Source: Phoronis australis
Taxonomy: Eukaryota; Animalia; Phoronida
Length of the DNA: 64,000 nucleotides
NCBI GenBank assembly: GCA_002633005.1
Contig: NMRA01000401.1
Coordinates: forward strand, 17,629-81,628
Reading direction: 5' to 3'
Part shown: positions 37,481 through 50,580 of the stretch, one piece after another
How positions within the stretch are numbered: the stretch's first letter is position 1
How the letters are laid out: every line of letters begins with the position of its first letter
The notes under the pieces: generated by a model
Database searches by the model: none
What the model saw: the letters and a program-made list of their open reading frames with translations, nothing else
What the model was told of the DNA's origin: nothing
Made by a program: the position numbers and the translations under genes

Positions 37481-38377
37481 TGACGTGATGTCCAAAACAA
37501 AGTATTCTGGTAAACAGATAGGTTATAGGGAAAGGGGGACGTTTATTCACAAGCATAATATGTAAAAACATAAACAAAATTACAGTGCGGGTGATCACAG
37601 AGACAGCTTGAAACTATTCCATTGTGTATCGATTATGCCGACTGGCCGAGGTCATTCGAAAGGCATGTTCAATCGGCTACTTTGTAATTTGTGAAGAATT
37701 AACGTTGATACGTTTTGACAATCGTTGTTACAAAAAAGAAACTTTGTTCAATTTTCATGTTTTTTGTGTTTGTGGCCAGCGACCAGTTAGGCCTAAGGGT
37801 AGTCTTGGCGCAAAGCTTTATAGGCCTACTAACAAGCTGTATTTTGCCATAGTCTTCACTGGTAGCTGGTGACTGAGGCTAACTAAGGTCTACCGCGGCA
37901 GTGTGACACAGGACTAACCAGCCCGTAATTTCATGCAAGTGTCTGAAACTAAGCAGCATTTATCATTTGACCATTTTACTTCGACAAAACAGCTTGCAAC
38001 CGCATGCGTTTACCGTTCGCCAGTGTCTGGTCTCGATCCGCACCGGGTCCGATAGGCTGCGGTCCCGAGTATGGCAAAATAATTTCTGCCAAAATTTATT
38101 CGCCACATTTCTTCAGCAAATTCCATAAAATTGTCCGTAGTTAGTTTTATCAAAATTAAGGCGCGCTGTCGATTATTTTATCCCCGTTTGCTGGCTGGTA
38201 ACGCGTGAGAGAAGGACTTTAAGTTACATCGTTGGTCAAAACTACAAAAAATCAAGCCAACACGAAAACAATATCCCAAATGCGTTATTTTTCGGCCGTA
38301 AACGCTATCAGAAATATTGTCTTACCTCGGCTAAATCTTAAATATTGAGTTGACGGCTATAGTATGACACGTAAAAC

Positions 38378-38676
38378 CAGGGGCAGATCCAGGATTTTGA
38401 GTCAGTGGGGGCCAGGGCACAGGAATAACTAGAATTTCGCCTCTTGCTCGCGTCCAGCCTAAAATGTAGGGATGCAGGAGGTCGAATTTTTGGGTTTGTT
38501 TACCTTATTACTAAAAAACAAGCGGGGTTTGTTCAATGCCTATGCATTGTGCATTTGCCCCCGAGCACCCCTGAGTGCGGGCATATGCTAATCAGCACCC
38601 CGAACTGCCAAATGGAATCTGGGAGAATTTTAGAGGGGCCATGGCCCCCTTGCCCCGCCTCCCAAATCTGCCACTG
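38378..38676 (+). mobile_element. CAGGGGCGGATCC-type MITE
   Basis: Same termini; flanks AAAAC/AAGAC; shares internal sequence with 16873-17030. Confidence 0.75.
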
Positions 38677-39568
38677 AAGACACACATGAATGGATTATTG
38701 TCCTGTGTTTAACATAGAATATCAAAGTATAAATCATTTCCAAAATTCAAATGTTTTAATTGGAAATTCGTTCAGGATTGAGAATCTATGGGAGTATTTG
38801 TTTCAAGTGAGGCGACTTCAACCACAACGTCTCAGATTTCTAACAGCCGAGTATTTGAAACTGCAACAACTAGTGTTTTTTACGGTTACGCTGCTTTATG
38901 TAATGTGAAAACAACCTTCATATGGTCAAATAGTAGTGGGGAAATCAGGGCTTCTTGACCGGAAGAACGAAGGCTTGCTTTCAATTAAACTGCGTGTTAC
39001 ATTGGGTGGCGAAATAACTTCGCAGCGGATAATATCAACTGAAACTCGTAAATTGATGACCTTTGATCTGAAGAAATTTTGAATAACATTATTAAAAGCT
39101 AGATAGTTATCGAACGGTCGGCAGCTAGGGTGCAAATTGCGGTTAAATTACACTGGTACTTCTCAGAAAGTGACAAATTAAAACACTGTCAAAAAATATT
39201 GTTTTGTCGAGGGAAAACATCCGTCTTCTGGTGGTGAAATCACTACATATCGTAAATAGGCCCGTCTTCATTAAACACAGACCTGTACGATTGGTCTAAA
39301 ATAGTCTCGGGCTCCGACTGAATGGATGTTTTCCGAGCTAAGAAGAGCGGACTTTTCGTCACTGTTTGAAGCCATCTTTGAGCCTTAGTCAAGCAACAAC
39401 GAAATTCCAGTTCTTTCCACGTCTAGAAATCACGTCAAGTATGAGTTACGAACAATCGTTAAGATCAAAAAAGCAACTTGATTGCAGCTTTAACAATAGC
39501 TTCGTGCACGCGCAGGTCCATAGGGGGCGTGAGAGACAGGGCACGTTGACGTACACGTACTGCCGCCC

Positions 39569-40141
39569 CTCGCTGGTTCCCTGCGTGCCGCTAGGTGGGG
39601 CGGTAGCCGCGCCAGCACGCAGGTATCACTTAAATTTCCTCTGTAAATTTTTTTACACCGGCGTTTCTGATTGGCTAGTCGATTCGTCAACAGGCAGCGC
39701 TTTGCGCAAACAAACTGGCATGGCTGATGGACTGAAGTGTAAATGTGGTCTGTTGTACAGACAAACCGGTGCTTAAAATTATGTTCAGGAAATGTGAAGC
39801 CTAGAAATTATGATTGAGCCTTTTCGGAATGCATCTTTCTACTGTCGATGACTTTTGTTTACGATAGTGTCCTTATACAGTATGAATAACACACCGTAAT
39901 ATGTGTTTATTGTGCATGTATGTGCTTCAAGCACGCGTCTATTAAACATCACTGCACAAACGAAATAGTTGCTGCGACGCCACTTGCATGACAAGGCTAA
40001 AATCATTCACAGTCTGCCATTTTTTCACGGTGTTGTAAAGCTAACCAATGACTGCCAAGATTACATCGACCAATGCTAAAGCGCGTGCCACTGCGTGATA
40101 CCTGCGTGCTGGCTGGGCTAAGCACGCAGGGAACCAGCGAG
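39569..40141 (+). mobile_element. MULE-like MITE, copy 2
   Basis: 20-bp perfect TIR CTCGCTGGTTCCCTGCGTGC; perfect 10-bp TSD ACTGCCGCCC. Confidence 0.85.
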
Positions 40142-40329
40142 ACTGCCGCCCATTCGGCAATAGTGACGTCAACATCCGATGGTGCGACAATTTATGCCTT
40201 GGACACCGGGACGTTTTGTCACTTCCTTACTGGACAATATGTGCCACAGCACTGGCAGGTAGTTTGCTTTCCACGTTTTTTTGGTTCATAGCCGCAGATC
40301 CTGATCAAGTCAGGGATTACAAACAATTG

Positions 40330-41950
40330 TTAGAAAACCCCAAAACGAGGCTGTAGCAAGGGGTGAAAACAGTAGTAATGATGACGATAACGATGACGAT
40401 GATGATCAGACTATACTTAAAATGTATGTACCAAGGCCGTCAGAACATGATTTTCAGTGCGCGGCAAGTGGCAACACTTATAAACACGCCCGAAGCCAAG
40501 CTCGTTTGCAGGAGGGTCGATTTTGCAAACAGGGACCTTGGGAATCTAAAAATGTGTTTGAAGGCGTACCGCTGGAAAGGATCCATATTTTCCATATTGG
40601 AAAATATTTACATGTACAACTAAGAAGAGAGAACATGTGCCCCTCTCGCCCTACATTTTCCATATTGTTTCTGGGCCCCAAATATGGATTTTCCATGGAC
40701 CCCAGGCTAGAACCCAAGGGACACCGGAGGTTCGAGTTCCAATGACATAGAGGAGAAAATTCAAAAAGTCCAACCTTCCGAATTTTAAAGCCAAACTCAT
40801 GGAAATATACAAATTAATAGTTTGACAATTTGTAGCATTTGGGTAGTTAATCTTTGGTATCTTACACACTACCCTCGGAGGTGCTAGTTCCAAACGCCAA
40901 AGTTCAGTAATTTGAACTCTTGCATCTGGACCAAGACCTCCGTGGCATGAGAATGGTCGAGATTGATGAAAATTTTAAACTCTCCTTAGTTAAACACGGT
41001 TACGGGCCTGGATTCTGATTGGATGTCTACTTATCCAGATTCCACCAGTTCATGTCTGTTTCACTGTATCCTCCTTCCCAGAATTTTTTGCTCTTCTATT
41101 CAACCAGCGATGTTGCACCTTATGCAAAACAAAAGGACGGACATTAGGTGACTAATCCTAAGCAAAACCACGAATAAGCAACCGTTTCCAAACCTTCAAG
41201 AAATCTCTAACAGGAAGAACTTGAAACATCACAACTTTTTGGGAAACCACGCGTCAAACAGCCTTGAGGGTGCGTTTTGAAAACGAAAATCATCATTTTC
41301 ATAACACTTTTCATAACTGGCATTGAATGCTTCGAAGGAAACAACCTTTTTTTGCATAATGCCAAGTAGTTTCTCTTTATTTGACTGGGTAAGGAAAATG
41401 CATTCGCAAACAAAGAATTTGGCCCGCTGTTCCTATTTCTGAATTTACTGAGGCTGAAGTGACGGTGGTTGGAGTTTTTAAACCTGCGTTTCGTCAGTAT
41501 TTAGCTGACAAAAACAAATGAATTAAGTCACTTCGCTTTATACAAAGGTTTCATAATAGTCTTTTACGAAAAAGAACCTAAAAACACAAGCTACTCAAAA
41601 AACGCTTCAAATTTTTTGAGGTTAGGCAACATTAAACAGACCCCATAATGCGCATTCCCAGTCCACAAGACATTACGTGAGTGCAGTCGAAGTCGGACAT
41701 TCTTTTACAGTGTACTTTGGCTTTGGGTACGCCAGGCCGATAACGCCAGCTTGAACGAATTTCCCCCGATTACAGCATGGGTGGAGGTGATATTTGTAGT
41801 GCGTATGAATGCAGTCGTCAACTTGTGCGTGAATTTTTTGGCTTGCCGGATCATCAACCAAGCTTCAACATCGGCACTAGACGTGATTTCAGGGGTGCGT
41901 CGATTTAGTTTGGCAAAAAAATGGTTTAGAGTCAAGAAAAGAAAAGATGA
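40330..41950. pseudogene. Highly decayed coding fossil, possibly a KDZ/CxC-type transposase with a convergent acidic/C2H2 ORF
   Basis: Minus-strand fragments ISPP..CCN, VSFEAFNASY...RLFDAWF, GVWN*H...KIPKINYPN; plus-strand D-rich stretch then FQCAASGNTYKHARS. Confidence 0.3.
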
Positions 41951-42451
41951 GCAAAGCGCGCTTTTCGAATAAAAGTTTCTAATTTTAAAATTTCTCTCGG
42001 TTGTGAAAGTTTGGACTGACCATAATTGTGGGCTTTCTCGGTACTGTAATCCTATTTTACTTTCATATTTTCAGATGTTGTTTTGCGGAAAGGGGTATAA
42101 ATCTGAAGGAGCTGAACTTTACACATTCAGTTTGATGCAGCAGTACTCCCGAACATCTCTTACTAATACGTTTTATCAGTTATATACTTGACGTTTCAGA
42201 AGCAGGATTGTCGCTAATTTTTTTTTTGTCCGTGGAAGTATTGCAATTTTAAAATCTAATAACTCACATACTCACCATATAACGGGATCGAAATTTCGGA
42301 CGAGCCCAATTAAGCGATTTCGTCAACAATACCGAGTGTAAAAATTGCAGGTGGTTGTAGCTCTATATTCAGTGAATGACCAAATAATTTTAAGCAAAAA
42401 CTTAATTTTCAGAACAACTGGTTGGTCCCTAGTCGGTAAAACAACTCTTAA

Positions 42452-43514
42452 AGAGTTCCCATAATGCCTTTCCTTACTTTTTGAGGTTTCAGTTAGCTGA
42501 TATGAAATAGATATAATGAAATCTAACTAAATAAGCACTTTTCATGCCAAATAGTGGGGAGTCTTTTTAATTTTGAAGAAAAACTTATTTGTTATTTTCA
42601 AGTTTCCCGCAAAATGATGTAATGGGGGGCAGACGTTTGGTCACTTGACTATCCATTGCGGAACACAGCAGATCAGAAGACAAGGACAATTTTGAGCGAG
42701 AAATGGACAATTATTTTGCAAACAGAAGGACCAAACAGTGAATTCGATTTCCCACTTAGCGAACTTTTGTCGGCTTTGAGGCCATATGAACGCGACCTGC
42801 ACGAGACATGCAGCAGACATATATATATATGAGCCACAACCAACGGAACCAAGGCAAGGTTAATATTCACAAAATAGACACTTTATAATCACTGACAAAG
42901 GCCACATTAAACCTGGGTCACTCGTATTCCCTGTTGCACGGTCTAAACACAACGCATACGTCTCGCCGAAGCACTCGATCTAGTGGGCCACGTGTCTGGA
43001 CGGAGGTGGAAAGCCTGACATCATTCGCCTTAGATTGGAAGCAGTTTGTTCGTTATTAATAAAATTTGCAAGTGCACTTACAAGGTGTCGAGTCCTTCAT
43101 CGTAACGCTGCTTTTGTGTTTGGTCGAAACACGATTCCTTGAATGAAATATGCCGAACAAAGTATGGCTCCCGACCGAATCGTAGGCCTATGTCAACCTT
43201 CCACAGTCATTTCACCTTCTCGTACGGCGCACAAACCGATGCCATTTCTGTGCAACTTTCACGTCTTTAGAAAATTCGAAGACAGAAACATTCTCGGTTA
43301 AGTTGGACCCTCCAAAAACGCACCTTTTCATGTCTGAAAAAGGCGGCTCTCCGCGGACTTTCCTCACAACTCCTTAGTATCACACTGGTAAAAACTACAA
43401 CGGCGGAGACGGTCTTCCACCCATTACGTACAACCCCGATAACTGAAAAATATCTTTTTTAATCTGTTTGGCGTGCTTCTTATCAACAGGTAGACTAAAG
43501 GCTATTAAATCTCT
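42452..43514 (-). mobile_element. Kolobok-like non-autonomous DNA transposon with decayed THAP domain
   Basis: TTAA on both sides (42448-42451, 43515-43518); imperfect TIRs AGAG...GCCTTT; minus-strand MKRCVFGG...VSVFEFSKD...QKWHRFV...LCSAYF from 43331. Confidence 0.6.
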
Positions 43515-43812
43515 TTAAGACGTATCAACAAAATTCTTTTTGAGACACCGGCAGGGTCGTGACGGGAACTCTTCAAACTTTACTCTAAAGTGTAGAATTA
43601 AGTCATGAATAGCACTCGACACTCGAATTGCACATAAAATATAAACCTGGACGCGTCGAAATTGCGATCGCGTGGACACTCTTATCTGCGGAAATAATAC
43701 GGCGAATATAACTGCACTAGTTATTCACACGAAGATTCGACTTTTTACTTTTTGCATTTTTTCCATCTTTAACCCTGCCGGTGAACTCGTGAACTGAAGC
43801 ATTCGGGTCACT

Positions 43813-44296
43813 ATTATTAAAATCTCTTGGTCTATTTACACCGACCTTTAGTTTATTTACACTGTCACGACGTTTCGGTCGGTCTATTCTCCGGCCATCG
43901 TCAGGTGTTCCCGCCTTCGTTCGATTACGGATATATGTGGTACACTCATTGTGTGATTTTTTTTGCCCTAGGCAGATAATTCGAGTCCAGCACCTTAGTA
44001 ACCACTACACCACGGAGTCATCCATTTACTTAGAGGGAATTTTATTATACTTAAACCTTCCTAAGTAGACTGAGCCAGGTGTCACTTGGTTGTTTGCTTG
44101 GCTGACTGAAGACATTGCCTTGTGTACTTTCATGTATATGATTTCTTTGATCTTTCTCTTGGTCCAACCTGTTTCACTGTCAAGTATTCGGATGTTATTC
44201 CACTGGATATTGTGTTGTAAATAGACTAGAGGTCTAGACCAAGAGATTTTAATAATATTTGTAATACGCCACCACCTCAGAGCGGTTTTAGAAACT
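43813..44296 (-). mobile_element. Truncated Penelope-like element insertion
   Basis: 13-bp direct repeat CATTCGGGTCACT (43800-43812 and 44297-44309); 22-bp inverted end (43813-43834 vs 44235-44256); minus-strand peptide HNIQWNNIRILDSETGWTKRKIKEIIYM resembles a GIY-YIG C-terminus; hammerhead in the terminal repeat. Confidence 0.85.
43866..43907 (-). ncRNA. Minimal type I hammerhead ribozyme
   Basis: Minus strand CAC-CUGACGA-U-GGCCGG-agaauaga-CCGACC-GAAA-C-GUC-GUG: conserved core, helix II with one mismatch, palindromic ACGU helix III, 3-bp helix I. Confidence 0.75.
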
Positions 44297-47205
44297 CATT
44301 CGGGTCACTCTGCAAATGGCACACGATTTGATTCGTCGTTGTTGTAGAAAGGTAAAACGAGGAAAAATATAACCGGTAAGACCGTTTGCAGTTTCTTGAT
44401 AAGTCAAGGAAGTATGATTTGATAAGTACTAACACATTGAACAAGAAATTTCAGCCCATTCTTTTGGTTTATGTCCATTTCACCAATCGGTGAAAAGCCT
44501 TCCGATGACCCTTCCGACCATTGGCTTGTTTGTCACCCTAACTAATTTTTCATTTTAAACAGTCATTGCCATGTGATCAAAGTACTAAAGTGGCACAATT
44601 ACAAACACACATTGATGATCTTTTGATCTTGCAAATCAAATAACTTAGTGCCCCGATACATTATTAATCCAGCACGCGCTTTTTATATGATTTGGCCTTG
44701 CGCGCAAAATAATGTGAAAGAAATTTGAAAGTGATGTACGCAATTTCATATATTAGCGCATTGTGTGTACGCATTTCCTGTGAATTGTTGCTTCCAATTT
44801 CAGATCGGTTTCTGTGGTAATATTTGTTTAAAACCCAAACGCTTTGGTTTAGAATGCAACACTGACAACTAAACAGCGGCGAAAGCCCTTTTTAAGCTAG
44901 GGAGAGGCCGGGGTTGGGCAATCGCAATCGCTTGTTTAATCTCAAGATGGTTTGAACTAACTCGAATTCCATTTTTAATCCGACATTCCAAGTTCACACA
45001 ACCAAACAAATAAGGGTATCTTAGAACTTGACGTAGTTGATCTAGCACACAAAATTTACGTGCGATTGCTAATTAATACATGCATTCAAAAGTTCAATGC
45101 GTACTCGCTTGGAGGACATGCAAGAAAAACTTAAGCAAGTGTCGTATCAATGAACACAACGACGAGAAAAGTTCAATCGTTCATCTAGGCGTCAACGTAA
45201 AAATCATATGATTCATGATTGTTACGACTGGTGTTCCAAGAAACAGTCAATCAAAAGTGGACCAAGGCTTTATTATGTTTGAAAATTGAAAATAGTTGCC
45301 GATTGATCGCTCAAATATGAAATTGAGTGAAGTCAAGGGTGAATGACCGCAGTGGAGGTTACAGATTTAATCTTTATGCTCGCGAAAAAAGATTTCGAAT
45401 GTCTGAAATTCGTTAGAAAAACGACGGTTGTATTTAGGGACACCAAAGTTGGTATGATATGAAGTAGTGTACACGACACGGAACTTGACGAACAAAATCA
45501 TGAGCTTGTATAATGTCGCTTGGGCGAAAATATATGTCAAGTGCGACAATAGTATATATGTCACAGCATGTGTGCCTTTTAATGATTTCCATTGCCATTG
45601 GCCAAAATTTGCGAAGCGACCGGAGCAACTAAGCGGGGTCCGATCTAATCTTTGTACTCGAAATCTAAGTGACTCTAAAATTTGACATTTACTTTAATTT
45701 TATGCTCAAGACATTAATGTCTGTTATTCCGCAATAGAGTACATTATGTTTTATGCATGCGAGTTTCCGGTCCAAGTCCGCACTTGGTGCCCCTATAGAC
45801 TTGACCTTTAGCCTTAAGGTTGGGGTCGCCAAGTCCAAACTATACAGTTATTCACGTATTAATAAATTAACCAGAGCAAGGGGACAAGGGAGAGCCTGAT
45901 GAAGTAGGGTCAGCCGGTGTGTCTTTGCCGACCTCAACCATTTCATCTTCCTATGGGTTCTGATGTAAGCAAAAACATGTACGCTCAGCCCATGAGGAAG
46001 ATAATACACTTTTCCATCTGAATTCAGTGCCATTTTTTGTTCAACATATAACACTTTAAGACGAAACGTTTACACGGCACTCTTCATGATAACAGGAAAT
46101 GCTCTTTCGTTATTCTTTCGCCTGTTCTTAGTTAAGCTTTCCGTTTCTTCGTTAGTAATAAACACAGCCCCGTCACGTTACTCCACCCGTCGTTTTAATT
46201 GCGTCTCGTGCGTTAACTTGATTTAAGGGAAAGCGACTACAGTACACTGACCTGCAGTTTTCCAATGAGCCCCTATAATTTATTGTTAACCTATTGAAGC
46301 CCACTCCGTCTCCTCATTATAAGTTACATTATTAAAAGTTCTCGAATCCACTGACCACACCTGCATGTTGTAGTCACCGTCGCATTCCCTTTGAGTAATA
46401 AAATGCTTCCTTTTTGCCATGCAATAATATTCTTACCCCGTTGAACAGCAGTTTCTGCAGGTCTACTGTTGTCCCCTACCAACAATGTATAAAATACCGG
46501 TATGCAGCTCCTTTATAAGCACATCTGAACGGGTTCTTATAATTGTACTCAAAATCAAACTCGGAATTATTTTTGACTTTTCCGTTTTACGTTTGTGTGA
46601 ATTTCATGTACCAGTGTTTATTATTTTGTTTTCGAGTACATAATGGTTCATACACGAGTTTCTAGTCCAAGTTTGCACTTGATGACCGCTAGATTCAAGC
46701 TACCAACTCGAGATTTCAAGTAAAATCTCGGAAAGTTTGAGTTCAGACAGGAGTCATTAAGTGCAAACTAGCATTGGTCGGTTATTCACTTAATTATGTA
46801 CTGCATACAAAAAAATCTAGTTCGATTTCGAGTAAAAAGGTTAAAACTCTCGGCTGGCCCTGGACCCGGGGTTTAATCTTTTTACTGGTAACTGAACTCC
46901 AATATTTTTGCCATCTTCCGTTTCTTGAATAATTACGAAGTCAAAATATTTGTCTATAATTCTGTGGACGGTTGGGTAATCCTATTCTGCACTTCAGTTG
47001 ATGACCCCAGCATGAAAGCTATAGCTGGAATCTGCATGAACTCAAAAAATAAAACGGACGGATATATTACATTTTAAAATACTCTAAAATGGTCAAGGTG
47101 GAGTTTCTGTTGCAATTCACGCCGTCGGTCAAAAAACGTCAAAAAACCCACGTCACAACTGGCTCCGGCTTCACATTGTTAACAAAAATTAATAGATAGT
47201 TATCA

Positions 47206-47310
47206 TTGAAAATCGGAAAACCAGCCAGTTGCAATGGCATACCACACGAGTTTTTCAATTTTTGTCCACTACCTTTCATTCACGTTTTGCCATTGTTGTT
47301 CAATAGTACT
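47206..47310 (+). mobile_element. Short LINE reverse-transcriptase fragment
   Basis: LKIGKPASCNGIPHEFF...LPLLFN resembles the KAxGxDGIPxE...LFN motif preceding LINE RT domains. Confidence 0.5.
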
Positions 47311-47573
47311 AAATATTGGTTACTGAAAAATGTCCGTCAGAATGGAGACTGGGCGTTACAGAATTGTCGTCTAGGAGTTGCCTCTTTCGTTACAAATAGA
47401 TTGTTCAAAAACGATCTCGTGTTGAAAACTTTGTTCAGATATTTAGCTTGGCAAGAGTGCAGATGAAGTCACTCAGTCGAATTTCAGACGGTAGAAAAAG
47501 AAGCCATTTAACGGTCACAAAAGGTGTGCATTTTTGTGAGTCAAACACAAATGTTGTTGAAAATGAAATTCGT

Positions 47574-48880
47574 TTTTATGCGCCCACATATTTATGTGTG
47601 GATACATATTGTCATCTCTGTCTGGACGTCCGGCGTCCCTCGTCCGTAGTTGTATCTCCTAAACCCTTTTGAAGCCGGGATCTTACTGAAATTTGGCAGG
47701 TGTTTTCCTATGCGGCTGGCGACAGATGACGAGTTTCGGACCAATCCTAGTATCGCTGTGCCCCCTAGTGGCTGTTTTATTTTTTACGTTTGCCTGTTTT
47801 ATATCTTCGGAGTTCGATGGATTTAGTTTGTGAAATTCGGCAAATAGGTCTTTAATAAGGATGTGATGATGCCATTGCATTTTCGGACAGATTCGTCGGA
47901 TTTTACTCCACCTTGTGACTATTTTTGTTATTTTTGCGTCCGCACGGTTCTTTTGGCGTCCGTCTCTCTTTTTTGCCAGCCACTCAAAGGATCAGTATGA
48001 AAATTTACAGATGTGTTCCAACTGAGCCCACGACTGACGTTGACTTGCGGACAAGTCAGGCTACTTTGTCACAACTATTGTCCATTTTGTTGTTAACGTC
48101 TGAGGCTGAATCTCCTACTAGTAAACCCTTCAAAAGAGCTTCGTGAAATTTTTAAGATTAGTGCATTCCTATGGAACTGACGAAAAACAGTATGGAGTGT
48201 CGAGCTGATCCAAACACCACTGTGCCCAAAATGTTTTTTTTTTTTACCTTTACCTCGCATTTCGTTAATGAACATTCTTGAAATTTGTCAGATTCCTATT
48301 AAGACAACAACGCCTTCCCATTTTCGGAGATTTGATGTTTTCTGCGCCACCTGGTGGCCTTTTAAAATATTACGCTTTTGACGCCTGCCTCTATCTGCCA
48401 AACCACTCACAGGAATTTTATGAAAATTAACGGTTGTTTTCCTGATGCAAAGACCCCGGCAGACGTTGACTTTTTGATGTTTTCAACTATTTTGGCATGT
48501 CCTAGGTGAAATTTTGCTTTTTTGAGTCTATGGCTGTATCTTTTTAACCCTTTGTTTGCGAAATTTGGCTCTTATGATGGGCTACTATAGACATGGCAAA
48601 AATGAGATAATTTTCTACCAATAAGACTATACCTGTGCCCCTTTGTGTAAATTCGTTTCATGCTTACCTCTAAATCTTAGGAGTTCCTTGGCTTATTTTC
48701 ATGAAATTTGGCAAAGTAGTTGCTCTTTTCCCAGACAGCGCCCCCTCAATTCAGATGGGCCGGGTTTGATGCTTTTTGTGCCACCTAATGGCCATTTTTG
48801 TGATACTAAAAACATCATAGAAGCACACAGTTCGCAGTGCTGTCGTGGGAGCATTTCAAAGCTCCGCATTGCTCTTGTTT
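47574..48880 (+). mobile_element. Helentron/DINE-1-like non-autonomous element (HINE-like)
   Basis: TTTTATGCGCCC start, GTCC-type microsatellite remnant, internal repeats, 3' GGGAGCATT...GCATTGCTCTTGTTT hairpin end. Confidence 0.55.
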
Positions 48881-50493
48881 ACTTCTGTGTCCCTATTTAA
48901 CGATCTTCGCCAGCCATACTTAGTACCATGGTACTTTTGTAAATATAATGAAAACAAATTGTGTAAATGAGAAAGGAGACTTGTGCAAATTTTTATTAAA
49001 GAGTAAAAAAAGACATGAATATAACCTCAACGTATTAAATTTGTGCTCATATGGATAGAACTGTTTATATGTCATTATTTGCAATGTGGGCCAGTGACAT
49101 CAATGTGTGAAATACAACCAAATAGACTATGCATAATGAAAATGCAAATAAACAGATTTTGTTTTATCCAGCAGCACAATCTTTGCTATGAGGGTGCGTG
49201 ACAGTTTTTTCACTTCAAACATAAACAATATTATCTTGCCATTCAAGTTTGGGCAATTTTTAAGATTTTCGAATTACAAAATTTACTAAACGGCAATTTC
49301 AGATTCGTTTAATTTTAAAAATTTGGGCATCCTTTACAACATGTGCCAAATTGAACAGTACAATATTTAAAAGGAAGCTCATGAAATTCCAACTTTCCAT
49401 TACTAAGACTGTAAAGCTGTAACTAGGACAACAAACAAGATACAAAATAGAAATGAGGATGTACAGAAAACAGAAAAATGAGATGCGACAACGAGACTAT
49501 TGAGTCTTACCGGTATGTTCACCAGTCTTCAAAGCAAACCAAAATAAGCTCTTTTGTATTTTGTCCTCACACCAATAAAACTTTATTAGAGAGAGAGTAC
49601 GAAACAAAATCCTAAAGAACTTTACTGCGTGATAAATAGCAGTGTAATTGGTAGTTAATGACCTTGATTCCAGCATAGATTATAGACAACAGATTCGCAA
49701 CTGCGACATTTTCTTGCGTAATATCCTGCAGGAGCCGCCACTCTCCTAAATTATCTGTCCCAGTTTCCGCTTAATGTATTGTGACGACACAACAGCTGAC
49801 CATGATTAGCAGATGACTTGCTTGCCGGAAATAACACCAGATAATTTGGCCAGGTATCACTAGTGAATATGACATCACTGCTTCTATAAGAGCCCAGATT
49901 TTGTTCAGTGAAATAATACGCAGTTGGCAGTCCATGTATTATAGTCTATGACTTCAGCAAAGGTTTGGTAGACAACAGCGAAAATTGACGATGGGTAAAA
50001 AACTCAAATTCCTAATGGAAGTTGTTATTAAAGAGCTCTGGTCAAAGCTAATAAATTCATCTATAAAATCCAACAATAAACCCGTAATGTGTATTTCAGT
50101 CATAAAACCGATAATGTCCCTTAAATACAAGTTAGTTAGTGAATAACAGCAGCAAGGTAGCACCAAATGAGTATGAGATCATCAAAATAGTCCAGTGTCC
50201 GTTAGATGAAAAATGACTTAAGACCTCAGTCAGAAATTTGGTCTTACGCTCCACACGACTATTTATAAAAAAATTTCACTTATCAGCGAAAGTGCGAATT
50301 CTCTGAGAATATACACGCAACTATTTCATATTGAGATAATTTCTACAAATTGTTTAATAGACTGTGACGCACTCACAATTACTTGGCTGAACATTTATCT
50401 CGTAAAGTGGGAGCTAAACACCAAAGGTTTCATGAACTTTTCATGGAACAGACCTAAGGCACATCTGACAAGTTTTCTGCGTACAAAAACTGA

Positions 50494-50580
50494 CTATCCC
50501 TTAATGGCGACGATCCCGTAGCAGCGAGGAGAAACAACTGGATCAAAGAACTGAGATATGTACACTTCACTGACGCTCTC
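50494..50580 (-). CDS. METTL25: METTL25 last coding exon
   Basis: FFDPVVSPRCYGIVAIKG-stop. Confidence 0.92.
   Translation of the reverse strand, partial: ESVSEVYISQFFDPVVSPRCYGIVAIKG

Noticed and set aside
45850-46500. Exon-like patches on the minus strand
   Set aside because: I could not build a consistent spliced frame or recognise a protein family.
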